Program-made: the position numbers and the translations under genes
Source: an uncultured Verrucomicrobiae bacterium
GTDB taxonomy: Bacteria; Verrucomicrobiota; Verrucomicrobiia; Limisphaerales; SIBH01
Assembly (NCBI GenBank): GCA_963760275.1
Contig: CAVXCM010000013.1
Span: 910,653-974,652, forward strand
Length of the DNA: 64,000 bases
Direction of reading: 5' to 3'
Part shown: one piece after another, positions 1 to 11,125 of the stretch
How the letters are laid out: every line of letters starts with the position of its first letter
Position numbering within the stretch: the first letter of the stretch is position 1
Notes under the pieces: generated by a model
Database searches by the model: none
Seen by the model: only the letters and a program-made list of their open reading frames with translations
Told to the model about the DNA's origin: nothing

Positions 1-1155
1 CGGGTGGCCGACGTGCCGCTTGCTGCCGATTTGTTCCAATACATGGCGGGATGGGCGACAAAGATCGAAGGCAACACAATCCCCATCAGCGTGCCGTATG
101 CTCCCGGCGCTCGTTTTCACGCGTTTACACGACGCGAGCCGATTGGGGTCATCGGACAGATCATTCCCTGGAACTTTCCGTTGCTCATGGCGGCGTGGAA
201 GCTGGGGCCAGCGCTCGCTACGGGTAATTGCATCGTGTTAAAGCCCGCGGAGCAAACTCCCTTGAGCGCACTGCGGCTGGCAGAGTTGGCGTTGGAAGCT
301 GGAATTCCGGCCGGCGTGTTGAACGTGGTCACCGGCTTTGGTGAAACCGCAGGTGCGGCGCTTGCCGCCCACGACGGCGTGGATAAGATCGCATTCACCG
401 GCTCCACTGAGGTGGGAAAACTTATCGTCAAGGCAGCCGCTGGAAATCTTAAGAAGGTCAGCCTCGAACTGGGCGGCAAGTCCCCTAACGTGGTGTTTCA
501 GGATGTCGGCGATGTGGACCAAGCCATCGCTGGCGCGGCCAATGCCATTTTCTTTAATCACGGCCAATGCTGCTGCGCCGGTTCACGACTAATGGTGGAG
601 AAGGGGATTTTTGATCAGGTGGTGGAGGGTGTCGCGGAACACGCGAAGAAGATTAAGCTGGGTCCTGGCCTGAACGCCGACACGCAAATGGGTCCGCTGG
701 TTTCCGAGGAGCAATTCAATCGCGTCACGCACTACATGAATGCCGGGCGGCAGGATGGCGCCTGTGTAATGACCGGGGGCGAACGGCATGGAACGAAGGG
801 CTATTTCGTGAAGCCGACCGTGATCAAAGATGTGAAGGCGGACATGAGCGTGGTGCGCGAAGAAATCTTTGGGCCTGTGGTGGTCGCTGAACCTTTCAGC
901 AGCATGGACGATCTCCTGCGGCGCGCGAACGAAACGAACTACGGGTTGGCCGCCGGGGTTTGGACGCGTGACATCTCCAAAGCTCATCTCGTCGCTGAGC
1001 AGTTGCGCGCGGGTACGGTATGGGTGAATTGCTACAATGTTTTCGACGCAGCCTTACCCTTCGGCGGCTACAAGCAATCCGGCTGGGGACGTGAGATGGG
1101 CCACGAGGCGCTTGAACTCTACACAGAAACCAAAGCAGTGGTGATTGGGTTATGA
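1..1155 (+). CDS. NAD(P)-dependent aldehyde dehydrogenase, 5'-truncated by window edge
   Basis: ORF 4..1155 is in frame with base 1. ALDH hallmarks present: ELGGKSP, FFNHGQCCCAGSR (catalytic Cys region), PFGGYKQSGWGRE. Only the C-terminal ~380 aa are visible. Confidence 0.9.
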   Translation, partial: RVADVPLAADLFQYMAGWATKIEGNTIPISVPYAPGARFHAFTRREPIGVIGQIIPWNFPLLMAAWKLGPALATGNCIVLKPAEQTPLSALRLAELALEAGIPAGVLNVVTGFGETAGAALAAHDGVDKIAFTGSTEVGKLIVKAAAGNLKKVSLELGGKSPNVVFQDVGDVDQAIAGAANAIFFNHGQCCCAGSRLMVEKGIFDQVVEGVAEHAKKIKLGPGLNADTQMGPLVSEEQFNRVTHYMNAGRQDGACVMTGGERHGTKGYFVKPTVIKDVKADMSVVREEIFGPVVVAEPFSSMDDLLRRANETNYGLAAGVWTRDISKAHLVAEQLRAGTVWVNCYNVFDAALPFGGYKQSGWGREMGHEALELYTETKAVVIGL

Positions 1156-1315
1156 ACTCGCTGTCACTTCCGGCTCTGCCAAGTAAGCGTGCGCGTGTTT
1201 CCACGTTTTCAACCGGGTCTACGCAGCTGCATTGATCCTCTGGTGTGAGCGTCGAGCGAAAGGGGACAGCATTTGGTTTTCAAGTTACAGAAGGCAACTA
1301 ACGCGGTCGTCCAAA

Positions 1316-2473
1316 TTAATAATAAATCACGAACGTGCCGTCGGGTTCAGCAATGGCCGATACCAATCCCCACACGGGCACACCCGGCGCCCGGCCTTTC
1401 GCAGCGGTGGTGTTGCCGCTGGCGTCAAACACCTGCCACGCGACGGAACCACCTTTTTGCCAGCCGGTACCTTCCGTCCAAGCCAACAGCACATCGCCAT
1501 TGTTGTTCGCGACGGCTGCGGGATGTTTGCGCTTGCTGAATCCTGGCGGTGCCACCGGGCGTGACACCTGCCAAGCTTGGTCCACTGTGGCGAAGTACAC
1601 CTGCTCGGCGGTTTCCCATGCGGCGATGGTGCCGGCTTTGCTCTCGCTGAGTGCGGCGCTGCTCATCGGACATGTCGCCAGCTTCCAACGATGCTCGTTA
1701 ATGACCTCAAAACTTTGGCCACGGTTTTTGGACACGAGTAAAGTTTCGTCGCGATTCACTTTCCCAGACGCTGAGCGATAAAGCGCGAACACATTTCCGG
1801 CGGCATCCGCAAAAGCCTTCACTCCGCAACAAGCGCAGGCTCCGGTATCGCGGGGATCGACGCGCGTTTCCCGGGCGAAGGTCTGGCCGTCATCACTTGA
1901 CCGCGCGAGGAACAGGCCGCGGCCTTCTTCTCCCCGCGTGTCATTGGGCGGCTGGCCATGCCACAGGACGTAAACGTTCCCGGCTGCATCCGCAGCGAGG
2001 GAGCCGCCTCCATCCAGCGCGCCCGTGGTGTGGATGACGTCGCGTTGAGGCTCGAAGGCGCTACCGGCATCATTCAGTCGAGTGTACCACATGGGCGAAC
2101 CCGGATGTTTGCTGCCCGCGACGTTCTTGCTTCCATTCCACGCCACGTGGACGCGCCCATTTCTTCCAAGTGCGAGTTGCGCACCGCGGATAGTTCCTAC
2201 AGCGATGGCGGAGCCTGCGATGGTGTTGATCTGCAGCGGTTGGGAAAACTCGCGCGAACCGGCCGGGCGTTGCGCGTAAAAGATGTCGCCCGCCTTGGCG
2301 TCACCCTTGAAATAAACGAGATGCACCGTGCCCTTCGCGTCGACGAATGTTTGTGGCTGAATGCCGCCATTTGGCGTGCGCACGAGTTGAACGCGAGCCG
2401 CGTCACCGGTCCCCGCCGCGGTGGCGATCTGGAATGCAGACAAAACAACTGCGAGAAGGCGAAGCGTGATCAT
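1316..2473 (-). CDS. secreted BNR/Asp-box repeat beta-propeller protein (sialidase-like fold), function unknown
   Basis: N-terminal signal peptide MITLRLLAVVLSAFQIATAAG. Asp-box motifs SSDDGQTF and SKNRGQSF. No competing ORF. Confidence 0.6.
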   Translation of the reverse strand: MITLRLLAVVLSAFQIATAAGTGDAARVQLVRTPNGGIQPQTFVDAKGTVHLVYFKGDAKAGDIFYAQRPAGSREFSQPLQINTIAGSAIAVGTIRGAQLALGRNGRVHVAWNGSKNVAGSKHPGSPMWYTRLNDAGSAFEPQRDVIHTTGALDGGGSLAADAAGNVYVLWHGQPPNDTRGEEGRGLFLARSSDDGQTFARETRVDPRDTGACACCGVKAFADAAGNVFALYRSASGKVNRDETLLVSKNRGQSFEVINEHRWKLATCPMSSAALSESKAGTIAAWETAEQVYFATVDQAWQVSRPVAPPGFSKRKHPAAVANNNGDVLLAWTEGTGWQKGGSVAWQVFDASGNTTAAKGRAPGVPVWGLVSAIAEPDGTFVIYY

Positions 2474-2558
2474 GGTGCGACTTTAAAGTGGTCCAGTAGC
2501 GGGTCAATACGGCTGACGGTCGGAATGGTTTTGCGAGCGTTTCCGGACGGGGAAGTCG

Positions 2559-3515
2559 CTAGGGATTCACCACGTGGCGTGGCGTTCCCGCGAGGAACGC
2601 GCGGACATTGTCCACCGCAATATCCATTAGTCGCGAACGTGCCGATCGAGTGGCCCAAGCGATGTGCGGTGTAATGATGCAATTCTTTGCCGTCAGCAAA
2701 GGGTTCTCTGCTGAGGGCGGCTCCGATGCGAGGACATCGATCCCGGCCCCCGCGATCCGCCCTGAGTTTAACGCCTCAGCAACAGCGCCCTCGTCCAGCA
2801 AAGGTCCTCTGCTGGTATTGATCAGGAAGGCGTTGGGCTTCATCTGCGCCAGTCTGTTCGCGTTGATAAAGTGTTTGTTCTCCGGAGTGAGCGGGCAATG
2901 CAGCGAGATCACATCGCTACGCCTGATCAGTTCATCAAGCTCTACCAACTCAAAACCGGCGGGCAACTCAGCCGGACGCGAGCGATTATGAATGAGAACT
3001 TTCATCCCGAAGGCATCCGCCAGTTTCGCCGCCGCCCGGCCGATTTGCCCGAACCCGATGACCCCGAAACTGAGCCCGTGCAATTCAATGAGCGGCGTGT
3101 CCCAATAACAAAAATCCGGGCTTCGGACCCAGCGCCCTTCGCGCACGGAGTGGGCATGGTGGCCGACATGGTGAGTGAGTTCCAGCAGCAGGGCAAAGGT
3201 GAGCTGTGCGACGGCTTGCGTGCTGTAACCGGGAACGTTGGTTACGGGAATACCCCGTTCCTTGGCGGCTGCGGCGTCGACGACGTTGACGCCCGTGGCA
3301 AGCACCCCGATGTATTTCAGCTTTGGCAGTGCGTTGATAATTTTGCGATCCACTACCGCCTTGTTCGTGAGTAAGACCTCCGCGTCGCGTGCGCGTTCCT
3401 CAATCAACTCGGGCGGCGTGCGGTCATGAATAACGCAGGCGCCCAGTCCTTTCAGCCCGTTCCAATCCAGATCGCCGGGGTTCAAGGTGTAGCCATCGAG
3501 CACGACAATGTTCAT
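2559..3515 (-). CDS. D-isomer-specific 2-hydroxyacid dehydrogenase (glycerate dehydrogenase / hydroxypyruvate reductase-like)
   Basis: Start taken at the internal ATG (MNIVVLDGYTLNPGD), not the 3629 ORF extension. NAD-binding GVIGFGQIGRAAA; catalytic-region motifs SRGPLLDE and TPHIAWAT. Confidence 0.85.
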   Translation of the reverse strand: MNIVVLDGYTLNPGDLDWNGLKGLGACVIHDRTPPELIEERARDAEVLLTNKAVVDRKIINALPKLKYIGVLATGVNVVDAAAAKERGIPVTNVPGYSTQAVAQLTFALLLELTHHVGHHAHSVREGRWVRSPDFCYWDTPLIELHGLSFGVIGFGQIGRAAAKLADAFGMKVLIHNRSRPAELPAGFELVELDELIRRSDVISLHCPLTPENKHFINANRLAQMKPNAFLINTSRGPLLDEGAVAEALNSGRIAGAGIDVLASEPPSAENPLLTAKNCIITPHIAWATRSARSRLMDIAVDNVRAFLAGTPRHVVNP

Positions 3516-3574
3516 CGCATCAATTTGAGAGGAACCCGGACATCGATGGCAATGCGCTTTGTGCTGGGGGCGTT

Positions 3575-4852
3575 TCAGTGTGCGAGGCGAAAGAATTTTC
3601 CGGCCCCGGCCGCGGCGTTGGTAAACCAATTACTTCCATTAGCCACAATTGGAGAGCCAGAAACTGTAGTCCAAGCGGTGCCGCCAAGCTCGCAAGCTTC
3701 TAACGAGAAAGTGGTCGGAGTTTGTGACCAGGAAAGAATGACTGCTCCGCTGGCACAGCGCGACATGGCCAAAACAGGGACAACCGTAGAGCCAGAGGGG
3801 TTCGGTACCCGAGCAAGGCCTGTTCGGGCTTCGCCGTTCAATTGCGTGAATGCCCCGGCCAGCAATATGTCGCCACTAGGTTCGATTGCCACGGAATGAA
3901 CCGCACCGTCAACTTGGGCATGGAAGGAATTATCCGTTGTTCCATCTAGGTTGAATCGCGCAGCGAAGGCGGGGAATCCGCCTACAATGACTTTGCCGTC
4001 TGGCTGGACAGCCATGGCAACAAAACGTTCCACTGAAACACCGTCCACTGTCACGGGCGGGAAGGAAGGATCAATGTCTCCGTTGGCTAAATGGCGGGCC
4101 AAGGCGGATTCGCTAAGGCGGAAAACTTTCCCATCCGGCAGAGGCGCCAGGGTCAAGACCAAGGGGTCAGCCGTGCATGTGAACCCCGAATCGTAAGAGC
4201 CGTCCGCGTTAATCTTCGCCATGTGACTAACGACGTTCACGGAGTTGACGGATTGAAATTTACCGCCGACGAAAACGGAATCTCCCACTGTTGCCAGTGC
4301 GAACACTCCTTCGCCCGCGCAACACCCGATGGACGGTGAGAAGGACGTGTCTAAAAGTCCTCCTGCGGTCAGGCGGGCAAGGTTCCGATGCGCCTGATTT
4401 TCAATCCGGGTGAACTGCCCGCCGATAATTACGCGTTGTTGCGGGTCCACCGCAAAGGTCGCCACCGACATGGGGAATCTCCAATTCAGCGTGCCGTTGA
4501 GGTCGAAACTTCGGAGGCCATCGCCAGCGCCGACGAAGAGGTTCGAATCCGAAATCACAATCCGATTCACGAACGCTTGCGGAGCCTGGGTCGGTGAGAA
4601 TGAGGTATCGGAAGAACCGTCGCTATTGAGCCGGGCCAGGTAAGGTCGGGCGACTCCGTTGACGGCGGTGAAGTTTCCGCCGATGAGGATTTTGCCATCT
4701 GCCTGCACCGCCACGGAACTGATCGGCCCGTTGATGTTTGGTTGAAAGGTTTCGATGGCGCCGCCAGCACTGGAGGCCAGTAGCACCGCTGCCAGGAGCG
4801 CGAGAGCCTGCTGAGAAAAGGCTGCGGATTGGGGGCCAACATTTCGCTTCAT
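3575..4852 (-). CDS. secreted delta-60-type repeat beta-propeller protein
   Basis: Signal peptide (LALLAAVLLASSAGGA). Periodic repeats ending in D(T/P/N/S)SF (LNSDGSSDTSF, GGLLDTSF, NGDIDPSF, LDGTTDNSF, INADGSYDSGF), typical of delta-60 repeat proteins. Confidence 0.7.
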   Translation of the reverse strand: MKRNVGPQSAAFSQQALALLAAVLLASSAGGAIETFQPNINGPISSVAVQADGKILIGGNFTAVNGVARPYLARLNSDGSSDTSFSPTQAPQAFVNRIVISDSNLFVGAGDGLRSFDLNGTLNWRFPMSVATFAVDPQQRVIIGGQFTRIENQAHRNLARLTAGGLLDTSFSPSIGCCAGEGVFALATVGDSVFVGGKFQSVNSVNVVSHMAKINADGSYDSGFTCTADPLVLTLAPLPDGKVFRLSESALARHLANGDIDPSFPPVTVDGVSVERFVAMAVQPDGKVIVGGFPAFAARFNLDGTTDNSFHAQVDGAVHSVAIEPSGDILLAGAFTQLNGEARTGLARVPNPSGSTVVPVLAMSRCASGAVILSWSQTPTTFSLEACELGGTAWTTVSGSPIVANGSNWFTNAAAGAGKFFRLAH

Positions 4853-5028
4853 ATCGTTCCTGTGCTGCCGACGAGAATACGAGAAACGCCTTTGCCGGAC
4901 GCATGTTTTCGCTTGAGACAGAAGCTGATTTTGGAATCCGGGAAATGTCCGATGAGGGGGTCAAGCGGAATACGGATTCATGGTCGTGAAGGGGCGCTTT
5001 CAGAAATCAAAGCCATTGCTTACCGTGG

Positions 5029-6183
5029 TTGGATTCCGGTTTAAGTGACCATCGCGTGAGCAAACGAAAAGGAGCTAATCGCCGACGTGCAGGAGTCATT
5101 CTGCTCGTGTTCGCCCTGCTGTCGGGCGGGGCAGTGTGGGTGTTTTGGCAGAAAGGATATCTCAGGAATGGGAATCCAAAGCCCTTCTCATCCGGCAGTG
5201 TCGATAAACCCGTGCCGCCGTTACCAGAGCTGGAGGACTCTCCTGCGACGACACCGCCGCGCCTTCCCGTGTCGGCCCTCGTTGTCGTGCCGAGGACCAA
5301 CACTGCGATCCCGACCAATCCCCCGCCGGTGAAATCATCAGCGGTGCTTGAGGCCCAGGTTGCTTTGGACCGGATCGGCATTTCCTCCGGTTCCGTGGAC
5401 GGAGTAATGGGTTCACAAACCCGCACCGCCTTGCGCGCGTTTCAGTGGCGTGAAGCTCTGCCCCAGACGGGTGAATTGGATGAAACCACCCGCAGCCGTC
5501 TTCCGAGCGCAGGCATGGTGCTATCCCGCTATCGCGTGGAGCTGGAAGATGTGACTCGTTTGCTGCCCTTGGCGGGAACGTGGCTCGGCAAATCAGAGCA
5601 GGAGCGTCTCGATTACCAGTCCCTCATCGAATTGATTGCCGAGAAGCATCACGCCCATCCAGGTCTAATCCAGCGGCTGAATTCGGCGGTGGACTGGAAC
5701 AGCGTGGGTGTGGGGGCTGAAATTGTTGTTCCGATGACGAAGCGCTACCCGCCAACCGCCCGAGCTGCATTCCTTCAAATTCGATTAAGCCAACGGACGT
5801 TGCAGGCATTCGATGGGGCCAATCGATTGATCGCCCATTTCCCTTGCAGCATTGCGCAACGGGTCGAGAAACGCCCCGTCGGCGAGCTGGTCGTCGCGGT
5901 GCTGGCGCCAAATCCGAACTACACCTTTGACCCCGAAATATTTCCTGAATCTGCCGAAGCGCGGGAGTTGGGCCGCAAACTCGTCCTGCCGCCGGGACCC
6001 AATAATCCGGTAGGCGCGGTGTGGATTGGACTCAACCGCCCGGGTTATGGAATCCACGGCACTCCGAAACCGGAAGAGGTGGGTCGGACTGAATCGCATG
6101 GCTGCTTTCGCCTGGCTAACTGGAACGCGGAGTATCTCCTGCAACTGGTGACCATCGGGACGCCGGTGCGAGTGGAGGAGTGA
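5029..6183 (+). CDS. L,D-transpeptidase (YkuD domain) with N-terminal peptidoglycan-binding domain
   Basis: PG_binding_1-like GSVDGVMGSQTRTALRAFQWREALPQTGELD. YkuD active site IHGTPKPEEVGRTESHGCFRLAN. Start is uncertain: TTG at 5029 or GTG at 5056, both upstream of a TM/signal segment. Confidence 0.85.
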   Translation: MDSGLSDHRVSKRKGANRRRAGVILLVFALLSGGAVWVFWQKGYLRNGNPKPFSSGSVDKPVPPLPELEDSPATTPPRLPVSALVVVPRTNTAIPTNPPPVKSSAVLEAQVALDRIGISSGSVDGVMGSQTRTALRAFQWREALPQTGELDETTRSRLPSAGMVLSRYRVELEDVTRLLPLAGTWLGKSEQERLDYQSLIELIAEKHHAHPGLIQRLNSAVDWNSVGVGAEIVVPMTKRYPPTARAAFLQIRLSQRTLQAFDGANRLIAHFPCSIAQRVEKRPVGELVVAVLAPNPNYTFDPEIFPESAEARELGRKLVLPPGPNNPVGAVWIGLNRPGYGIHGTPKPEEVGRTESHGCFRLANWNAEYLLQLVTIGTPVRVEE

Positions 6184-6293
6184 TTGAAAGCGCAAGGCCA
6201 ACGCTTTCGCCTGTTTCCCAGTTTTATTCGTCGCCCGCTCAATGTGAATAGTCGCCACTCGACATTCCGGAGGTGTGACTCGAAATTCTTACC

Positions 6294-9200
6294 ATGTCTC
6301 ATGCGGACTTCGTTCATCTTCACCTGCACACCGAGTATTCGCTGCTCGACGGGGCGTGCCGTCTCGACAAGCTGGTGGAGAAGGCGCACGCGCTGAAGTT
6401 CCCCGCGCTGGCCCTGACGGATCACGGCGTCCTCTACGGCGCGATCGATTTTTACCAGGCCGCGCGTAAGGCAGGCATCAAGCCCATCATTGGCTGCGAG
6501 GTTTACGTCGCGCCCGGGAGCCGGTTGGAGAAGAAAAGTTCGGGCGGCGGCGGGCGAGACGTTTACAATCATCTCGTGTTGCTGGCCAAGGACGAGCAGG
6601 GCTACAAGAACCTGATCAAGCTCGCCACGGCCGCACATCTCGAGGGCTATTACTACAAGCCGCGCATCGACAAGGAAATTCTCGCAGCGCACAAGGAAGG
6701 AATGATCGCGCTCTCCGGTTGCCTCGCCAGTGAGATTCCCGAAGCCATCGCCAAGGATGATTTGAAGAAAGCGCGCGCCAGCCATCGATTGGTTCAAGCA
6801 AACGCTGGGCGCGGAGAATTTTTATCTCGAACTGCAGAACCACGGCATCGCCGAACAGGCCAAGGTCAACCAGCACCTCATTCCGTGGGCGAAGGAGTTC
6901 GGGCTGAAATGCGTCGCCACGAACGATGTGCATTACGTCGAGAAGAAGGATTCGCAGGCGCACGACTGCTTGATCTGCATCGGCACGCAGACGGTCCGTG
7001 ATGATCCGAAGCGGATGCGTTACCAGCCCGAGCAATTCTTCCTGCGCTCCGCGCGAGGAAATGAAGGCGCTGTTCGCGGAAGTTCCGGAGGCGGTGCTAG
7101 AACACGCTGGAGGTGGCGGAGAAGTGCAACCTGGAAATTGAATTCGGCAAGCTGCATTACCCGGTCTTCACACCGCCAGAGCATTTCACGCGCGAAGGTT
7201 ACCTGCGCCAGTTGTTGGCGGAAGGGTTGTATCGCCGCTACACGATTCGGGCGCGGGCGGATGGGCCAGGACTTTATCGTCGAAGGCATCGAGAAGCCGG
7301 AGCGTCTGCCCACTTACGCCGCACCACCTGCTTCGGATTCTTCCGGCGAGAAGGCATCCGCCACCATTGAGGATCCCGCCGTCGCTGCCGCAATCAAGGT
7401 CGTCATCGATCGGTTGCAGACTGAACTCACCGTCATCGAGAAGACCGGATTCATCTCCTATTTCCTTATCGTGGCGGACTTCATTCGTTACGGCCGCGAA
7501 ATCGGCATGTCCTGCGTGGCGCGCGGTTCGGCGGCCGGTTCCATTGTCACCTACCTGCTCGACATCGCGAACGTCGACCCGATTCGTTACGGACTGCTGT
7601 TCGAGCGGTTTCTGAATCCTGAACGCGTCAACCCGCCTGACATCGACATCGATTTCGCGGACGACCGGCGCGCGGACGTGATCGAATACGTTCGCCAGAA
7701 ATATGGCCGCGAATGCGTCGCGCAGATCATTACCTTCGGCACGATGGGCGCGAAATCCGTCGTGCGCGATGTGTGCGCGCGTGATGGGTTTGAGCTATGG
7801 CGATGGCGACCGGCTCGCGAAGATGATTCCCACGGACTTGAAGATGAGCCTTGAACTGGCGCTCAAGCAATCGCCGGAATTCAAGGAGGCTTACAATACC
7901 GAGGAGATCACGCGCGAAGTGGTGGACATGGCTTTCGTGCTTGAGGACATCACGCGCAACTCCTCCGTGCACGCGGCGGGCGTGGTCATCAGCGACAAGC
8001 CGCTGGTGAAGTTGCTTCCGCTCAAACAGGACGAAGACGGGACGATCGTGACGCAGTACGCGATGAACCCCGTCGGCGATCTCGGTTTGCTGAAGATGGA
8101 TTTCCTCGGGCTGAAGACGCTCACCGTCCTTCGCAACACGGTGGAGATGATCAAGCGCACGCAAGGCATCGACATCGTCCTCGATGATCTGCCGCTCGAT
8201 GACGCGAAGACGTACGAGATTCTGAACAAAGGCAACACCGTGGGCGTGTTCCAGTTGGAATCCGGCGGCATGCGGGACTTGTGCCGCAAATTTCAAATCG
8301 CCTCGGTCGAACACATCACGGCGCTTGTTTCGCTCTATCGTCCCGGCCCGATGGACCTGATCCCGGACTTCATCAAGCGGCGTCATGGCGAGGTCCCGAT
8401 CGAGTATGCGCATCCGTTGCTCGAATCGATTTCGAAGGAGACTTACGGCGTCCTCATCTATCAGGAGCAGGTGATGCAGGCCACGCAGTTGCTGGCCGGC
8501 TATACACTGGGCGGGGCCGATCTGTTGCGACGCGCGATGGGCAAGAAGAAGCCTGAGGAGATGGCCAAGCAGCGCGGCATCTTCGTCAAAGGCTGCAAGG
8601 AGACAAACAACATCCCCGAGTCCAAGGCAAATGAGGTGTTCGACCTGCTGGAAAAGTTCGCGGGTTACGGCTTCAACAAATCGCACGCGGCGGCTTACGC
8701 GATCGTCGCTTATCAGACGGCTTACCTGAAGGCGAATTACCCGGTGGAGTTTCTCTGCGCGATGATGACCAACGACCTGAACAGCGCGGATAAGCTGGTC
8801 GTGCTGCTCAACGAAGCGCGCGCGATGGGCGTCGATGTGTTGCAACCGGACGTGAATGAAGGCGGCATGTTCTTCTCACCTGCTCCGAAGCCGGGACAGG
8901 CGGAGGGTGAGCGCGGACAAGTGATCCGTTTCGGGCTGGCAGCAATCAAGGGCGTGGGGGAGGCGGCTGTGGAAAGCATTCTCAAAGCTCGTGAACAGGG
9001 TGGGCCGTTCAAGTCGTTCGCCGACATGCTGGAGCGTGTGGACCTGCGGGCGGTTAACAAGAAAGCGATCGAAGCGTTAATCAAGTCGGGCGCCTGCGAC
9101 TGTTTCGGTGAAACCCGCGCCACATTGTTCGCCTCGATTGATCGCGTTTCCGGCCGGGCAGCCAGTGCGGCGGCAGATCGGGCTCGCGGACAAGTTTCGC

Positions 9201-9979
9201 TCTTTGGGATGCTGGAGGAAAAGGCGGAGACCAGGGACGACGGGATGATTCGTGTTCCCGAATGGTCGCAAAGCGAGTTGCTCGCCCACGAAAAGGAGTT
9301 GCTCGGGTTTTATATCACGGGTCATCCGCTTACACCTTTTGCCCCATTGCTGGAGAAGTACACGCTCACCAACTCGGGAACCGCGTCGGCGCTCGCTGCC
9401 CGCACCATGACGCGGATTGGTGGCATCGTGACGGCGGTGCAGCAAGGCATGTCGAAGAAGAGCGGCAAGCCTTACGCCATGGTGACGCTCGAAGACTTGG
9501 AGGGCACTTTTACGATGCTGTGCATGAACGAGAACTATGACAAATACCGGCACCTGCTCGAAGTGAACAAGGCGTTGTTGATCGTGGGCGAGGCAAACAA
9601 CGACGAGGATCGGGCCAAGATTTTTCCCACGGAGATCATGCTGCTGGATGACGCGCCGCGAAAATTTACCAAACAGGTTCATCTGCGACTCAACGCGGTT
9701 CATCTGAACGACGACAAGCTGCGCGCCATCTTCGATCTGGTCGCGGCTTTTCCAGGCAAGTGCCCGCTGTTCCTTTCCATACGATTGCCCGGGGGCGAGA
9801 TCGTTTTCATTGAGACCCACGATAAATATTTCGTGGCGCCATCGCGTGAATTTGAAAGGGCCGTCAACGACTTGTTGGGCGAGGACACGTATTACGTGCG
9901 GGTAGACACGACCGTGCCGGAACGGGTCAAGCGGGCTTGGGAGAAGAAAGAGCGTGAGCCCGCGATGGCCACGGAATAG
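6294..9979 (+). CDS. dnaE: DNA polymerase III alpha subunit, interrupted by five frame breaks in this assembly
   Basis: PHP domain N-terminus MSHADFVHLHLHTEYSLLDG. To follow conserved DnaE sequence the frame must be switched by +1 at about 6780, 7054, 7099, 7263-7265 (GGG run) and 7772-7774. The segments read AIDWFKQTLGAENFYLELQNHG / EEMKALFAEVPEAV / NTLEVAEKCNLEIEFGKLHYP / GQDFIVEG...GFISYFLIVADFIRYG...PPDIDIDF / ARVMGLSYGDGDRLAKMIP. 7703..9979 is one intact ORF. Confidence 0.9.
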
Positions 9980-10055
9980 GGCCCGGGAAGGGACCTTTTG
10001 CGTCAAAATAAACAGTTGCCCCACCTGCTTCCTTTGTTATCTTGCCGCCCCTTTG

Positions 10056-10090
10056 AAAAGGCTGTGGGCACGGGCTGACAGGCTTTTTTT
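10056..10090 (+). terminator. weak candidate intrinsic terminator after dnaE
   Basis: AAAAGGCTGT (10056-10065) pairs with ACAGGCTTTT (10078-10087) with one G-G mismatch. A 12-nt loop and a T7 run (10084-10090) follow. The stem is AU-rich and imperfect. Confidence 0.3.
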
Positions 10091-10219
10091 CGGGAAACGG
10101 CCTTAAATATCCGCCACTCGTGTGAGTGCGGTGGCCACAATAACACTCAATTGAATCCCGACTTTCCGCGGGATGGGCTGGCCGAATACGGCCGCTAAGC
10201 TCGGAACTATTGGAAATAC

Positions 10220-11038
10220 ATGACTACCATCGGAGTTAAGGAATTGTTGGAAGCCGGTGTCCATTTTGGACACCAGACGCGTCGCTGGAACCCCAAGATG
10301 AAGCCGTTCATCTTCGACGCGCGTAATGGCATCCACATCATCGACCTCAGCAAGACGGCGCACCAACTTGATGCAGCCTGCCAGTTTCTTGGCAGCGTAG
10401 TGCGCAAGGGCGGACATATTCTTTTCGTCGGCACAAAGAAGCAGGCGCAGGAAACCATCAAGGAGTCCGCCAAGACATGCGGCCAGCTGTACGCCACAGA
10501 GCGCTGGCTCGGCGGCACGCTCACGAATTTCGGCACGGTCAAGAAATCGATCGCGCGGATGAAGGCGATCGAGAAGATGGAAACCGACGGTTCGATCAAC
10601 GACTACGTGAAACAGGAACAGTCGATGATCCGTCGCGAGCACGCCCGTCAGTTCAAATATTTTGATGGCATTCGCAGCATGGACAAGTATCCGGCCGCGA
10701 TGTTCGTGGTGGACGTCAAACGCGAGCATAACGCCGTGGCGGAAGCGCGCCGCTTGAAGATTCCCATTGTCGCGCTGGTGGATACGAACTGCGATCCTGA
10801 CCTGGTAGACTACCCGATCGCGGGTAACGACGACGCCATTCGTTCCGTCCGCGTGGTGTTAAGCGCCATAGTGCAGGCCGTTGGCGAAGCCAAGGCGGAG
10901 TATGATTCCAAGCGGGCTCGTGGCAACAAACCAGCGGAGCAGGCGGGTGAACAAGCTCCGGTTGATGCTCCTGCCGAGACCGCAGCCACTGCGGCACCGG
11001 CGGCTCCTGCGGAAACAGCCGCGGCTCCTGCTGCCTAG
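10220..11038 (+). CDS. rpsB: 30S ribosomal protein S2
   Basis: MTTIGVKELLEAGVHFGHQTRRWNPKMKPFIF... is the canonical S2 N-terminus. Ala/Pro-rich acidic C-terminal tail. Confidence 0.97.
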   Translation: MTTIGVKELLEAGVHFGHQTRRWNPKMKPFIFDARNGIHIIDLSKTAHQLDAACQFLGSVVRKGGHILFVGTKKQAQETIKESAKTCGQLYATERWLGGTLTNFGTVKKSIARMKAIEKMETDGSINDYVKQEQSMIRREHARQFKYFDGIRSMDKYPAAMFVVDVKREHNAVAEARRLKIPIVALVDTNCDPDLVDYPIAGNDDAIRSVRVVLSAIVQAVGEAKAEYDSKRARGNKPAEQAGEQAPVDAPAETAATAAPAAPAETAAAPAA

Positions 11039-11054
11039 TTCGTTTTCAATCGAG

Positions 11055-11084
11055 GGCGAGGAGCGACTCAGTCGTTTCCTCGCC
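11055..11084 (+). promoter_or_regulatory. rpsB-tsf intergenic hairpin (possible attenuator or processing site)
   Basis: GGCGAGGA (11055-11062) and TCCTCGCC (11077-11084) are perfect 8-bp complements with a 14-nt loop. An alternative pairing AGGGCGA/TCGCCCT overlaps. A T-rich tract lies downstream but there is no clean U-run. Confidence 0.35.
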
Positions 11085-11125
11085 TTCGCCCTTTCAACAT
11101 TTAATTTTCAACCAGTAAGAATTTT

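Noticed and set aside
4540-4550. GGTTCGAATCC, the tRNA T-loop consensus.
   Set aside because: The flanking sequence cannot form a 5-bp T-stem or an acceptor stem. It lies inside the delta-60 repeat CDS. A similar GTTCGAAT at about 17598 also lacks tRNA context. I found no tRNA gene in the window.
6294-9979. Programmed ribosomal frameshifting as an explanation for the dnaE breaks.
   Set aside because: Programmed shifts are known for dnaX, not dnaE. Five successive shifts with no shared slippery heptamer are implausible. The same +1 pattern occurs in unrelated genes on both strands.
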